The position numbers and the translations under genes are program-made. Of a DNA stretch of 64,000 nucleotides, positions 1 through 9,098 are shown piece after piece. The notes under the pieces are model-generated. The model was not told the DNA's origin, did not search any database, and saw nothing but the letters and a program-made list of their open reading frames with translations. Positions within the stretch are counted from its first letter, which is position 1. Each line of letters starts with the position of its first letter. The stretch lies in the IMG/VR virus record IMGVR_UViG_3300020411_000003; one strand, given 5' to 3'. This DNA is from a virus.

Positions 1-3000
1 ACCTACCTCAACTCCCTGAACGTCAGTCTTGTTGAATCGAACCCACCTAGTCCAGAAGTTTCTAGTAGTAGCGTTGGTAGCAGTAATGTTAGAACCACCA
101 GCACTCCAGTTAGCACTAGATCCAGATGCAATCTGAGCAAATGATGGTTGTCCACCTTCACCAGATGTATTCAAACCACCCCAAGTAATGTCAGCAGGGT
201 TTGTTGGATAGTTAATCGGGTTTAGAATTCCTTCAACGATAACTCCCTGAGAAGAACTACCACCCTGTGTAGTAATTTCTACACTCTTCAGTAGCAACTG
301 CGCCCTGTTGATTAGTTCTCTCTCACCCAAGTCACCAGTCAGTGCGTTAGACACACTAGGTGATAGACGGATTAGGAAGACCGTATACGGCGTAACTGAG
401 ATTTCAATCTCAGATTCCTGATAGTTGAAGAGGTATCCTCTATCTTCATCGAAGCCACCGTCTGTTAGATATGCAGAACCCCAGTGGTTAATCTGTGGTG
501 TTGCAGTAGTGGTGAGTAGGATAACACCCTCGTTCTTAGTATAACTAGCTGCTGCACCAGCAGTGTATGTTCTGTTTGCTCCAGCAGTATAGTTGTTTAA
601 GTTTGCTTCTCTTGTAAGACCAACAAGTCTATTAAGTGATGTATTTCTAGAAGAATAACGAATCAATTCGTTACCGACATAAACAACACCTGTTTCTGGG
701 AATAGAGTTACATCTTGAATTGGAAGATACTCAACCATTGTATCTGCTACAGCAGTTGTCAACTTAGATCTTGGTCCTTCATTCAGAACCTCATACCTAA
801 CAGGTAAGTTACCTGAACGCATGAAAGCTTCTCTGTTTCTGTTGTTGTTCTTAAGTCTGTGTGCGAACACGAAGTTACCAGACGGACCTCTAAACATCCA
901 GTCAATAAATCCTGCACCATACCATGTATACTGGAATCCGATCATCTGCATGGTGTTGATCTGTAGTTGATATCCTGATTTACCAGTACCATCACACTTG
1001 TCAATGTTCCACTGTGATTGTGGAATAATAATATCCTTAGTCAATGCTGCCTTTGTATTAACTGCACCAACCGCACCTCTATAGTCAGGGTTGACCGTTA
1101 ATGCTGTATCACTAATAATAGAACTAACAACATGACTCATTCCACGAATAACCAATCTGTCACCAGTAGTTAACTGTTCAGTAAATTTGGTATTGTTTCC
1201 TTGTATAAGGTTACTATCTGGAGTAGCACTTACAGTACCAGCAATCTGGAATGTAGAAGATCTTAGACCAACAGATAGGTTAGTTCCATCATACTGGAAG
1301 AAGATACCATTCTGATCATCAAATGCACCAGATCTTACAGTAGAACCTTTCCACTTATACAAAGATATACTTGGTTGTTGACCGAATTCACCAGTAGTAC
1401 CACCAAGTGTTTGTACTGCTAGAACTGTTAATGTAATTTCATTAACGATACTTGCAACAATATAATGACCATTATATCCAGAAGTTGTTATACCATTAAG
1501 AGCGATCTCAGCACCAACTTGTAGACCATGATCAACGTCATCAGTAGTTACAGTAATAATACTACCTACAGCAGTACCATCAGCAGTAACTGATCTCAAG
1601 TCATATGAAGGAGCGAATAAAGCACCAGTAGTATACTGAATACCTTTACCTGACTGGTATCTAATGTACTTCTTAGATTGACGAATCGCCTGAGCACCAT
1701 GTGAAGGTGAACCTGTTCCTAGTTGCACACCACCGTCAAATGGTCTGTGTGTATAGAAACAGTCTGGTCTAGTATAGAGTTCACCAGCTAAAGTAACACC
1801 AGTATCAATAGTACCAGTTGATCTTGTAGTATAAACAAACTTGTCTAAACTTGGAACTTCTTCAATAAAGAATGGTCCTGAAGCAAGATCATGGTTATTA
1901 CCATTAGAACTAATAGCAGCAAGAATTGTATTTCCTGGAACCAATCCATGATTACTAGAGAAGGTTGCACTAATTCTTGCAATAGCAGAGTAGGTTATAT
2001 TGCTACCATTATTAATAGCAGCAGATGTAGTTGAAGATAAAGATACAGCTGGATAGAATGCAATACTCTCTCCTGATACTGGACTACCAGAAGCACTGAT
2101 AGCAGTGATCTCTCCAGTTAAGTAATCGATGTTGGTGACAGTGATAGTCATATCGTTGACACCAGCAATACCACCAAGTTCTTGACCACCTATACTGAAC
2201 TGATAACCAATCTGGTATCCACTACCACCATTGGCAATTTCAGGAGCATAGTTACCGCCAATAATCTTAGGTAAGAATGTTGCGTTAAATGCTGTGTTGT
2301 TTGCAGTAAGTGACTGGAATGTTGCATTACCATCTGCTGCTGTACCACCAATACTGAATGCAGTGATCTCACCAGATGCACCAACACTGGTTACAGTAAC
2401 AGTCAAATCGTTAGTAGCAGTTTCACCACCTAAGATTCCACCATCAATAATAACAGTGTCATTTGGTTGGAAACTAGAACCTGGATTGGTTATAACAGCA
2501 CTATATGTTGGAGTAGTTGTTGTGTTCTCGTTAGGAGTAAAGTTTGTTGTGGTTATTGTTTGACCATCAGCACTTCCACCACCACCTTCTGCTGTAGCAA
2601 CACCTATTGTAAATTCTTGACCTGGTGTTTTTGCTGTGAGTGATAACTTAGCATAAGTTTCATCAGTTGGGTTAGCAGCAGCTGCAAATACAAATTGGCT
2701 TCCAGTTGTCAGATCATTAATGAGATTAATCAATCCATTTCTAACTTCTATAATACCATCACCAATCACAGCAGTATAAACAAGTGTTTGAACTGTACTT
2801 GTTGTTACATCTGTTATTGTAACTGAGAAAGTATCATCAGTTTCAATATCTCCACCAATTTCAACCCAATCTATCTGAGCAATCTTACTACCAGAACCTA
2901 CTCTAGTAACATTGAACGATGCGTTAATACCTACACCAGTTCCAACAGCTCCAGATACGTTGGTGTATTCTTGAGTAGAGAATATACCTTGACCAATAGA

Positions 3001-4695
3001 AGTGAAGGTAAGAATCTCACCAGCAGCACCAACAGTATTAATAAAGATATTCAAATCGTTTGTTGGAGATTGTCCACCAAGAACGTTACCGTAAATAACA
3101 ATCTTTTCACCAACTTCATATCCAGTACCAGCATAAGGAGTTCCTTCTGCTGCTGTACCACTAGGAGTAATAGTTTGAATCTGACCATTAACATCGACCG
3201 CATCGATTGTAATCGTCAAGTCGTTAGCTGGTGAAGTACCACCTAAGTTAGTACCTAAGATAACAATTGTTTCTGACTGAGAGTAGGTAGTACCAGTGTT
3301 AGATACAAATACATTCGAATAAGATGCTGAACCAGGTGTACCATCTCTTTCAATGTTAAAGGTAGCATTGCTTCCTAATCCAGAATATGTATCTCCTTGT
3401 ACATCGTTATAATATACTGTCTGGTTAATATCTACACCGTTGTATGCACCAGAAGTTCTAGTAATATTAAATGTTGCTCCATTACCATTACCAAAGTTGA
3501 CTGTACTTGGTGATGTCGGTGTGGAGATGAAACTGTTACCAGTTCTGTCTGCTGTATATGGTGCAGATAGAGATATAGTATTTGTTTCAATGTTTGTAAC
3601 AAAGATTGTAGTTCCATTACCATTATCTAAAGCAGCACCGATATCGATTCCTGTTGTATCGTTAAGAACGATCTGAGAAACAGGTGCTGTAAATGATGTT
3701 GTAATATTAATAGATGTATTGGAAGCTACGTAACCAGTTACCTGTGTACCAGCTTGTAATCCAGATCCAGAAAGAGGAGCACCAATAGGAGGAGGAGATC
3801 CTGGAACAGTAATACCAATTCTTCCAGATCCAGCTGCTGTATTACCTCTAGTGGTTATCTGACCAGAAGCACCATTAGATTCTACTGCTAGAGTAGGGTT
3901 TCCTAATGAAGCACCAGTATAGAAACCTGCTTTTCTTAATTGTACAAATCCAGATAATAGACTGGTAGCAGGGGATGTACCTACTTTACCTTTTGCATAG
4001 AAGGTAAACTGTGACGGATCTGGTACAGTACTGATAATGAAAGAACCTTCTGCTTTAGCAAATCCTTCTACACCATCATTAACACCCTTAAGTGTAATAG
4101 GATCTCCAACAACAAATCCATGTTCCAACTCAGTATCTACTGTAATAAGAGAAGGACCTATGCCACCACTACCTTGTGAAGCATCTGTTGTGAGAGCAGA
4201 AACAGAAACATCAGCACCTGGATACTCGAAGGAAGATGGATATCCACGTACTAAGTCAATGGTCTGCCATTTAGTTGGCTGAATACCATACTCAAAGTCA
4301 GCATCAAGCATACTAAGAGGCTCAGCAAAACGCATACGTTCGATAGCGTCTGTACCGAAGTCGTATGGTCTCATCTTAACTTCATCACCTTCGATGAAGA
4401 TCATCATCTCATCGGAAGATGAATACGTTGAAGTATCAAACAGGAATGTAATCGTAGTTACACCGTTTGATAACGTACTAGCGAAGGGGAAGTCTGGATC
4501 TTGTCCATCAGATGTCTCTGTGAATGCTGCCGATATCTGATTAACACTATCAGCAAAGTTGTACATTACAACGTTGGCAGTCGCATTGGTGATCAAGAGA
4601 ATCTGATCAGCACTGACTTTATCCAGAACTTTTAATGTTCCAACACCAGAAAGACCAGGTGAAAAAACATAGTCTCTTATTTGCCTTTTAGCCAT
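1..4695 (-). CDS. Large virion structural / tail-associated protein (partial, runs off the left edge, >1565 aa)
   Basis: Not in the ORF track because it has no stop inside the window. ATG at 4695 reads MAKRQIRDYVFSPGLSGVGTLKVLDK...; the same frame is open at the window edge (...KTDVQGVEVG at 1-30). The sequence is G/T/S/V-rich and beta-strand-like, typical of cyanomyovirus structural proteins. I did not check every internal codon. Confidence 0.8.
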   Translation of the reverse strand, partial: MAKRQIRDYVFSPGLSGVGTLKVLDKVSADQILLITNATANVVMYNFADSVNQISAAFTETSDGQDPDFPFASTLSNGVTTITFLFDTSTYSSSDEMMIFIEGDEVKMRPYDFGTDAIERMRFAEPLSMLDADFEYGIQPTKWQTIDLVRGYPSSFEYPGADVSVSALTTDASQGSGGIGPSLITVDTELEHGFVVGDPITLKGVNDGVEGFAKAEGSFIISTVPDPSQFTFYAKGKVGTSPATSLLSGFVQLRKAGFYTGASLGNPTLAVESNGASGQITTRGNTAAGSGRIGITVPGSPPPIGAPLSGSGLQAGTQVTGYVASNTSINITTSFTAPVSQIVLNDTTGIDIGAALDNGNGTTIFVTNIETNTISLSAPYTADRTGNSFISTPTSPSTVNFGNGNGATFNITRTSGAYNGVDINQTVYYNDVQGDTYSGLGSNATFNIERDGTPGSASYSNVFVSNTGTTYSQSETIVILGTNLGGTSPANDLTITIDAVDVNGQIQTITPSGTAAEGTPYAGTGYEVGEKIVIYGNVLGGQSPTNDLNIFINTVGAAGEILTFTSIGQGIFSTQEYTNVSGAVGTGVGINASFNVTRVGSGSKIAQIDWVEIGGDIETDDTFSVTITDVTTSTVQTLVYTAVIGDGIIEVRNGLINLINDLTTGSQFVFAAAANPTDETYAKLSLTAKTPGQEFTIGVATAEGGGGSADGQTITTTNFTPNENTTTTPTYSAVITNPGSSFQPNDTVIIDGGILGGETATNDLTVTVTSVGASGEITAFSIGGTAADGNATFQSLTANNTAFNATFLPKIIGGNYAPEIANGGSGYQIGYQFSIGGQELGGIAGVNDMTITVTNIDYLTGEITAISASGSPVSGESIAFYPAVSLSSTTSAAINNGSNITYSAIARISATFSSNHGLVPGNTILAAISSNGNNHDLASGPFFIEEVPSLDKFVYTTRSTGTIDTGVTLAGELYTRPDCFYTHRPFDGGVQLGTGSPSHGAQAIRQSKKYIRYQSGKGIQYTTGALFAPSYDLRSVTADGTAVGSIITVTTDDVDHGLQVGAEIALNGITTSGYNGHYIVASIVNEITLTVLAVQTLGGTTGEFGQQPSISLYKWKGSTVRSGAFDDQNGIFFQYDGTNLSVGLRSSTFQIAGTVSATPDSNLIQGNNTKFTEQLTTGDRLVIRGMSHVVSSIISDTALTVNPDYRGAVGAVNTKAALTKDIIIPQSQWNIDKCDGTGKSGYQLQINTMQMIGFQYTWYGAGFIDWMFRGPSGNFVFAHRLKNNNRNREAFMRSGNLPVRYEVLNEGPRSKLTTAVADTMVEYLPIQDVTLFPETGVVYVGNELIRYSSRNTSLNRLVGLTREANLNNYTAGANRTYTAGAAASYTKNEGVILLTTTATPQINHWGSAYLTDGGFDEDRGYLFNYQESEIEISVTPYTVFLIRLSPSVSNALTGDLGERELINRAQLLLKSVEITTQGGSSSQGVIVEGILNPINYPTNPADITWGGLNTSGEGGQPSFAQIASGSSANWSAGGSNITATNATTRNFWTRWVRFNKTDVQGVEVG

Positions 4696-4716
4696 TTAAA
4701 ATTTCCCTCGATCTTT

Positions 4717-5850
4717 TTATGAAAGCGCAATTGCTAATGCAGTTACTTGGGAGTCTACAGCACTCTTGGACATTGCATCTCCTGGCGCAGTAGCTCTACC
4801 TAGATTCGTTATTTTATTATTTAGAAGACTTAGATCAGCACCAACTCCAGTATTGACACCTAAAGTCCCTGCTACGATAGTGTTACCGTTAGCATCAACT
4901 GTAAACTTATTACTACCAACACCAAACGTAGTACCAGCAGCGACAGCAGCGTTAAATGCAGCACTCTCTCCTATGACAGCACCAGCAGCATCAACACTGA
5001 ATGTGGGAGCAGTTAGATCAGCACCAGCTTTGATACCATTATTAACTCCAAGTTCCCCTTCCACAGTTGTGTTAGTACCCTTAAGAGTTGCGTCTCCCAC
5101 AACTTCAAGATCTCCACCAACATCAACATTACCCTGTAGATCTGAATCTTGTACAACAGTGAAGTTACCGTTAACAGAGAAGTCAGTAGCAATGATGTTA
5201 TACTTAAACTTACCATATACAGCAAAACTCAGACAGTTTGCATCCTCTGCCCATACTATGATTTGATCATCACCTGTTGCTTTTATGTCAGTTCTTTGAT
5301 AGAATGTGCGTGGAAATAGTTTTGTGTTATAATTTAAGTAGTTAGATGTTGGTAAAGTAGCCTGTCCAGCCTCCAAGATTCCAATTCTGAATCTAGTTGG
5401 TTGTGAACTCTGGTTAGAGATGAAGATCGAAAGTTCTACATCCTCTCCAGTAGGTACTGTATACAAACTTGTATTCGTTTTGGCATTCGTGACCAATAAA
5501 GAATTTAAGAATCCAGAAGAAACTGGGTTATCTACTACCTCTCCATGCACCAAGAAGGACGTAGACTCGAAATCACTATATACAACTAGACTTTGCTCAT
5601 TGGCATAGTACATAGTTTGTGTTTCGTATGTCTCTCCTGCTGCAATCTCTAAATCATATAAGATATAATTAGATGGAGCAAATGCTAACAATGCACCACT
5701 AGAAACCCCAACTCTGACTCGTACAGGATACGGACTCTGGTGTGCAATTGAAATCTTCGCTTCTACTAGCTTGCCAGCTGGAGCAACATGGAGAACTGTT
5801 CTGGTTTTAACCTGTGGAACAATTGCTGCTAGAGCACCATAAGTAGCCAT
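4717..5850 (-). CDS. Virion structural protein: two tandem small beta-domains (like 18511-18834) plus a fibre-like G/V/D/N repeat segment
   Basis: 377-aa ORF. The duplicated motif YTVP..ISI.NQS..P.R.RIG resembles the 107-aa ORF at 18511-18834. The C-terminus is KSAVDSQVTALAIALS, and a late promoter lies directly upstream. Confidence 0.75.
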   Translation of the reverse strand: MATYGALAAIVPQVKTRTVLHVAPAGKLVEAKISIAHQSPYPVRVRVGVSSGALLAFAPSNYILYDLEIAAGETYETQTMYYANEQSLVVYSDFESTSFLVHGEVVDNPVSSGFLNSLLVTNAKTNTSLYTVPTGEDVELSIFISNQSSQPTRFRIGILEAGQATLPTSNYLNYNTKLFPRTFYQRTDIKATGDDQIIVWAEDANCLSFAVYGKFKYNIIATDFSVNGNFTVVQDSDLQGNVDVGGDLEVVGDATLKGTNTTVEGELGVNNGIKAGADLTAPTFSVDAAGAVIGESAAFNAAVAAGTTFGVGSNKFTVDANGNTIVAGTLGVNTGVGADLSLLNNKITNLGRATAPGDAMSKSAVDSQVTALAIALS

Positions 5851-5879
5851 AACTTTAGGGTTTATATTACAATCATGTT

Positions 5880-5887
5880 TATTTATA
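5880..5887 (-). promoter_or_regulatory. T4-type late promoter TATAAATA
   Basis: tatttata on + equals TATAAATA on -, 30 nt upstream of the ATG at 5850. Confidence 0.75.
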
Positions 5888-5899
5888 AGTTAGACTGAA

Positions 5900-6724
5900 A
5901 TGAAAATTCTTACTGGATTTAATGGATTTATTGGAAAGAAGTTTGCCGATAAGCTTGGAAGAGACTATATCGGAATTGAACAGAAGAATTGTTTTCAGTT
6001 AATTGATAGTTTACCTATCTGGGATAAGGTCACAGAGATCATCCACATGGGAGCAATCTCCTCGACAACTGAAAACAACATCGCAGACCTCACAGTATAT
6101 AACGTAGAGTTCACTCTTCGTCTGTTCAACAAAGCAATTGAATATGGTATCCCTGTCAAGTATGCTTCCTCCGCATCAGTATATGGAAACCAACCAGGTG
6201 AGATGAATCCATTAAACTTCTATGCAATTTCAAAATTGCAAGTTGATTACTGGGTTTATGACAATATTGAAAAATTTAAAAACATTCAAGGGTTTAGATT
6301 CTTTAATGTATATGGAGAAGGTGAAGAGCATAAAGGAAACCAACGTAGTCCTATTAGCAAATTTGTCTCCGAAGCAAAGATGTCAAAGAAAATTAAAATC
6401 TTCAAGAATTCTGAGAAGATGGTGAGAGACTTTATCTACGTAGATGATGTAGTGGATCTTGTTCTAAACAACAAGGGAGGATCAGGAATGTATGATGTTG
6501 GTACAGGACACCCACACTCCTTTAGAGATATTGCTGAAATTGTTTCAAAGAAATATGGTGCAAAGATAGAAGAGATTGATTTCCCAGAACATTTACAAGG
6601 AAAGTATCAATACTATACCTGTGCAGATATGAACTGGGTAGATGGTTATGAGTTTACTAATGTAGAGGAATATATCAATCGCCCCGAACCACCCGATACG
6701 AGTCTTCTTCAAAGTGCTCGGTAG
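5900..6724 (+). CDS. hldD: ADP-L-glycero-D-manno-heptose 6-epimerase-like extended SDR
   Basis: Contains TGFNGFIG (GxxGxxG), HMGAISSTT, YASSASVYG, YAISK (YxxxK), FRFFNVYG and RDFIYVDD, and sits next to HldE-like genes. Confidence 0.8.
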   Translation: MKILTGFNGFIGKKFADKLGRDYIGIEQKNCFQLIDSLPIWDKVTEIIHMGAISSTTENNIADLTVYNVEFTLRLFNKAIEYGIPVKYASSASVYGNQPGEMNPLNFYAISKLQVDYWVYDNIEKFKNIQGFRFFNVYGEGEEHKGNQRSPISKFVSEAKMSKKIKIFKNSEKMVRDFIYVDDVVDLVLNNKGGSGMYDVGTGHPHSFRDIAEIVSKKYGAKIEEIDFPEHLQGKYQYYTCADMNWVDGYEFTNVEEYINRPEPPDTSLLQSAR

Positions 6725-7016
6725 AAAATTCGAATAGTTCTACGTCTGTGATGCCTTCCATCATATGTCTAAGACCAGGAGGTATGTAAAACTTATCTCC
6801 TGGTTTTAATATAATGGTGTCTGCATCAATGAAATCATCTCTATAACCATAGGTCATCTTTAATTCACCACTATGGACATAGAATGTTTCATCTTTAATT
6901 TTGTGATAATGGTATGAGCACTTCTTACCAGCATTAAAAAATAGAAGTTTTCCGCAATACTTTTCAGAATTGCAGATCCACTTCTCATATCCCCAACCTT
7001 TCTGTACAATTTTCAT
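6675..7016 (-). CDS. Cupin, mannose-6-phosphate isomerase (type II C-terminal)-like
   Basis: Motifs KGWGYEKW, CSYHYHKIKDETFY and PPGLRH match a cupin metal-binding pattern. Confidence 0.75.
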   Translation of the reverse strand: MKIVQKGWGYEKWICNSEKYCGKLLFFNAGKKCSYHYHKIKDETFYVHSGELKMTYGYRDDFIDADTIILKPGDKFYIPPGLRHMMEGITDVELFEFSTEHFEEDSYRVVRGD

Positions 7017-7330
7017 GCAAAGAAGTCCTCAGAATTAATACCTTTGTCATCAATGAAATAAGTTGCATGGAATTTACCCATGTGCAACTCATCAAACTTA
7101 CAACCCCATGACTTAAGTTGATTATAGGTTAGGTCATAAAATGCTTCGTGTGCTTTAATCCCATCACCTTTAAATCTACCCATGCCTCTGGCAGTATAGA
7201 AAATAATACTATTACCTTCGTCGTATATTTTATTTAACTTCTCTATCCGATCCATCATTGGTTCGGATTTTTCGTACTGTCCTACAGGAGTATCACAGAT
7301 AGTCCCATCAATATCAACTACGTATATCAT
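7013..7330 (-). CDS. Small HAD-superfamily phosphatase (capsule-biosynthesis phosphatase type)
   Basis: Motifs DIDGT (DxDGT), YTARG, K and FIDDK. Confidence 0.8.
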   Translation of the reverse strand: MIYVVDIDGTICDTPVGQYEKSEPMMDRIEKLNKIYDEGNSIIFYTARGMGRFKGDGIKAHEAFYDLTYNQLKSWGCKFDELHMGKFHATYFIDDKGINSEDFFA

Positions 7331-8153
7331 CTATGTCATCTCCAGAAAGAACGTATGTACCATGATTTTGAACTGCTATAGCAGCAGCCTTATTAGCATA
7401 AGGAATTGCTTTTTCTATTTTACCATACTCTAAGTAAAAGTAAACCAAAGCACAAAGGAATGTATCTCCTGCACCTGCTACATCAAAACAAGGAACTGCT
7501 TCACCTGGATATATCTTTCCTTTATACTCAGCACCAGCAGAACCTTTAGTAACAATTTTATTTCTGTATATACCTTTTAACTTAGAATCTTCTAACTCAT
7601 TGATCTTGATGAAGCATCCTTTCTTAGGAAGTTTATTTTTCTTACTGTCTATGAATACAGGACCATTGAATGCTTCTACCAATTCAAAGATCTTTTCTTC
7701 TGATAAAAATCCTTTGTCATAATCAGATATGATCATGGCATCAAATGGTTCACCAATAGGTTCTGTATGTGGTGTGCTAGTAGGATAAGTATCACCAGTT
7801 GGTAACTCCCATCCATAGTCAGCAACTTCATCATTTTCATCCAATCTCATTAGTTGTTGATTTGAACGTTCATCAACATACCTAGTCTTGACTGGTTTTA
7901 ATTCATTGGTCATCAAATATACATTCACACCAAATGACAAGAGGTTTTGTCTTACGTTACTTGCCATTCCGTCTGCTGTTTCAGTACGAATGTATTCCAT
8001 TACTGGTACAGGTGCTTCAGGACTTAACCTAGTACACCTACCATAAACATATTTGTCAATACATGTCTCGCCTATAACGATGACCTTGTATTGTTTTTGT
8101 TGTGGAATATTCTCCGATCCTATCGAAGAACTCAACTCTTTTTGCATACTCAC
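7314..8153 (-). CDS. hldE: Heptose-7-phosphate kinase (PfkB family, HldE domain I / RfaE1-like); start uncertain
   Basis: Motifs VIVIGETCIDKYVYG..RLSPEAPVP, ISDYDKG, FIDSKK, KINE and DVAGAGDTF (PfkB signature). Confidence 0.85.
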   Translation of the reverse strand: MSMQKELSSSIGSENIPQQKQYKVIVIGETCIDKYVYGRCTRLSPEAPVPVMEYIRTETADGMASNVRQNLLSFGVNVYLMTNELKPVKTRYVDERSNQQLMRLDENDEVADYGWELPTGDTYPTSTPHTEPIGEPFDAMIISDYDKGFLSEEKIFELVEAFNGPVFIDSKKNKLPKKGCFIKINELEDSKLKGIYRNKIVTKGSAGAEYKGKIYPGEAVPCFDVAGAGDTFLCALVYFYLEYGKIEKAIPYANKAAAIAVQNHGTYVLSGDDIDDIRS

Positions 8154-8463
8154 GTCCTACTACGTCTCCGTTTTTCCAGTCGGAACCTACTACTAGTATA
8201 TCAGGGTTTATGATTTTAATCAATTCTTCAAGCTCTTGTCTTGAATCGAACGTATGGATTACGTCCACTGCTTTCAAAGAACTCAGTTGATACTTTCTAT
8301 CCTCTAATGGATAGATGGGTCTATCTGGTCCTTTGTCTTGCCTGACCTTTCTATCAGTATCGATACCCACTATAAGCATAGATCCTAAAGATCTAGCATA
8401 GTTTAGCAATTCAAAATGTCCTCTATGAAGAACATCAAAGCAACCATTAACCCAAATAATCAT
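8056..8463 (-). CDS. hldE: Heptose-1-phosphate nucleotidyltransferase (HldE domain II / RfaE2-like)
   Basis: Motifs NGCFDVLHRGH (HxGH), VGIDTD, KGPDRP, VVGSDW and YSTT. Confidence 0.85.
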   Translation of the reverse strand: MIIWVNGCFDVLHRGHFELLNYARSLGSMLIVGIDTDRKVRQDKGPDRPIYPLEDRKYQLSSLKAVDVIHTFDSRQELEELIKIINPDILVVGSDWKNGDVVGREYAKRVEFFDRIGEYSTTKTIQGHRYRRDMY

Positions 8464-9098
8464 GTGTATTTTTTGTAAAGATTGCCATGCATTTGATTTG
8501 GATGCTGATTTTGTTTTAGATGTGGTGCATCAATATCAGCACAGAAGAAAGCAGTTACGATATGCTTTGAATCCATTGTAGATTTGTTACCTCTGTGTGG
8601 ATATAACTGATTGCAGGGGAAGATTAAAAGTTTACCTTGTTCAGCTTCACATTTGTAATCTAGATCAGGAAACTCAGTTTCCCCACCACCTCTGACATTA
8701 TCCAAGTAAATGATCATGGCATAGAGTCTTGATAATAATAGTGGATCCATTGGGGATATGTCAATATGATCCCTAAACCATCCATTATTTTTATCATAGC
8801 ATCTAATAGAATGATCGTAAGATACTAGAGGTGCTCTCCAAAGAAGTTTGTCTTTAGCACCCCATTTATAGAAATGATTAATAGCACGATCAGTTTCAAT
8901 TGCTAACTGACACCAAAAATCTTGTCCAACGATAGGAACTACTTGTCTACATTTTTTATGTACATGGTCAACTTCACCCATTCCAACACCACCTTCCTCA
9001 TGGAATCTAGTATTAGTCCAGAACCAATCTTTCCATGCTTCACAATCTTCTGCTGGCAGAAAATTCTTTTCTTCGTATATAAGATCTGTTAATTTCAT
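8460..9098 (-). CDS. 2OG-Fe(II) oxygenase (prolyl-hydroxylase-like)
   Basis: HID (HxD), YLDNV..GGETEF, GKLLIFP and YPHRG (distal His). Confidence 0.85.
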   Translation of the reverse strand: MKLTDLIYEEKNFLPAEDCEAWKDWFWTNTRFHEEGGVGMGEVDHVHKKCRQVVPIVGQDFWCQLAIETDRAINHFYKWGAKDKLLWRAPLVSYDHSIRCYDKNNGWFRDHIDISPMDPLLLSRLYAMIIYLDNVRGGGETEFPDLDYKCEAEQGKLLIFPCNQLYPHRGNKSTMDSKHIVTAFFCADIDAPHLKQNQHPNQMHGNLYKKYT

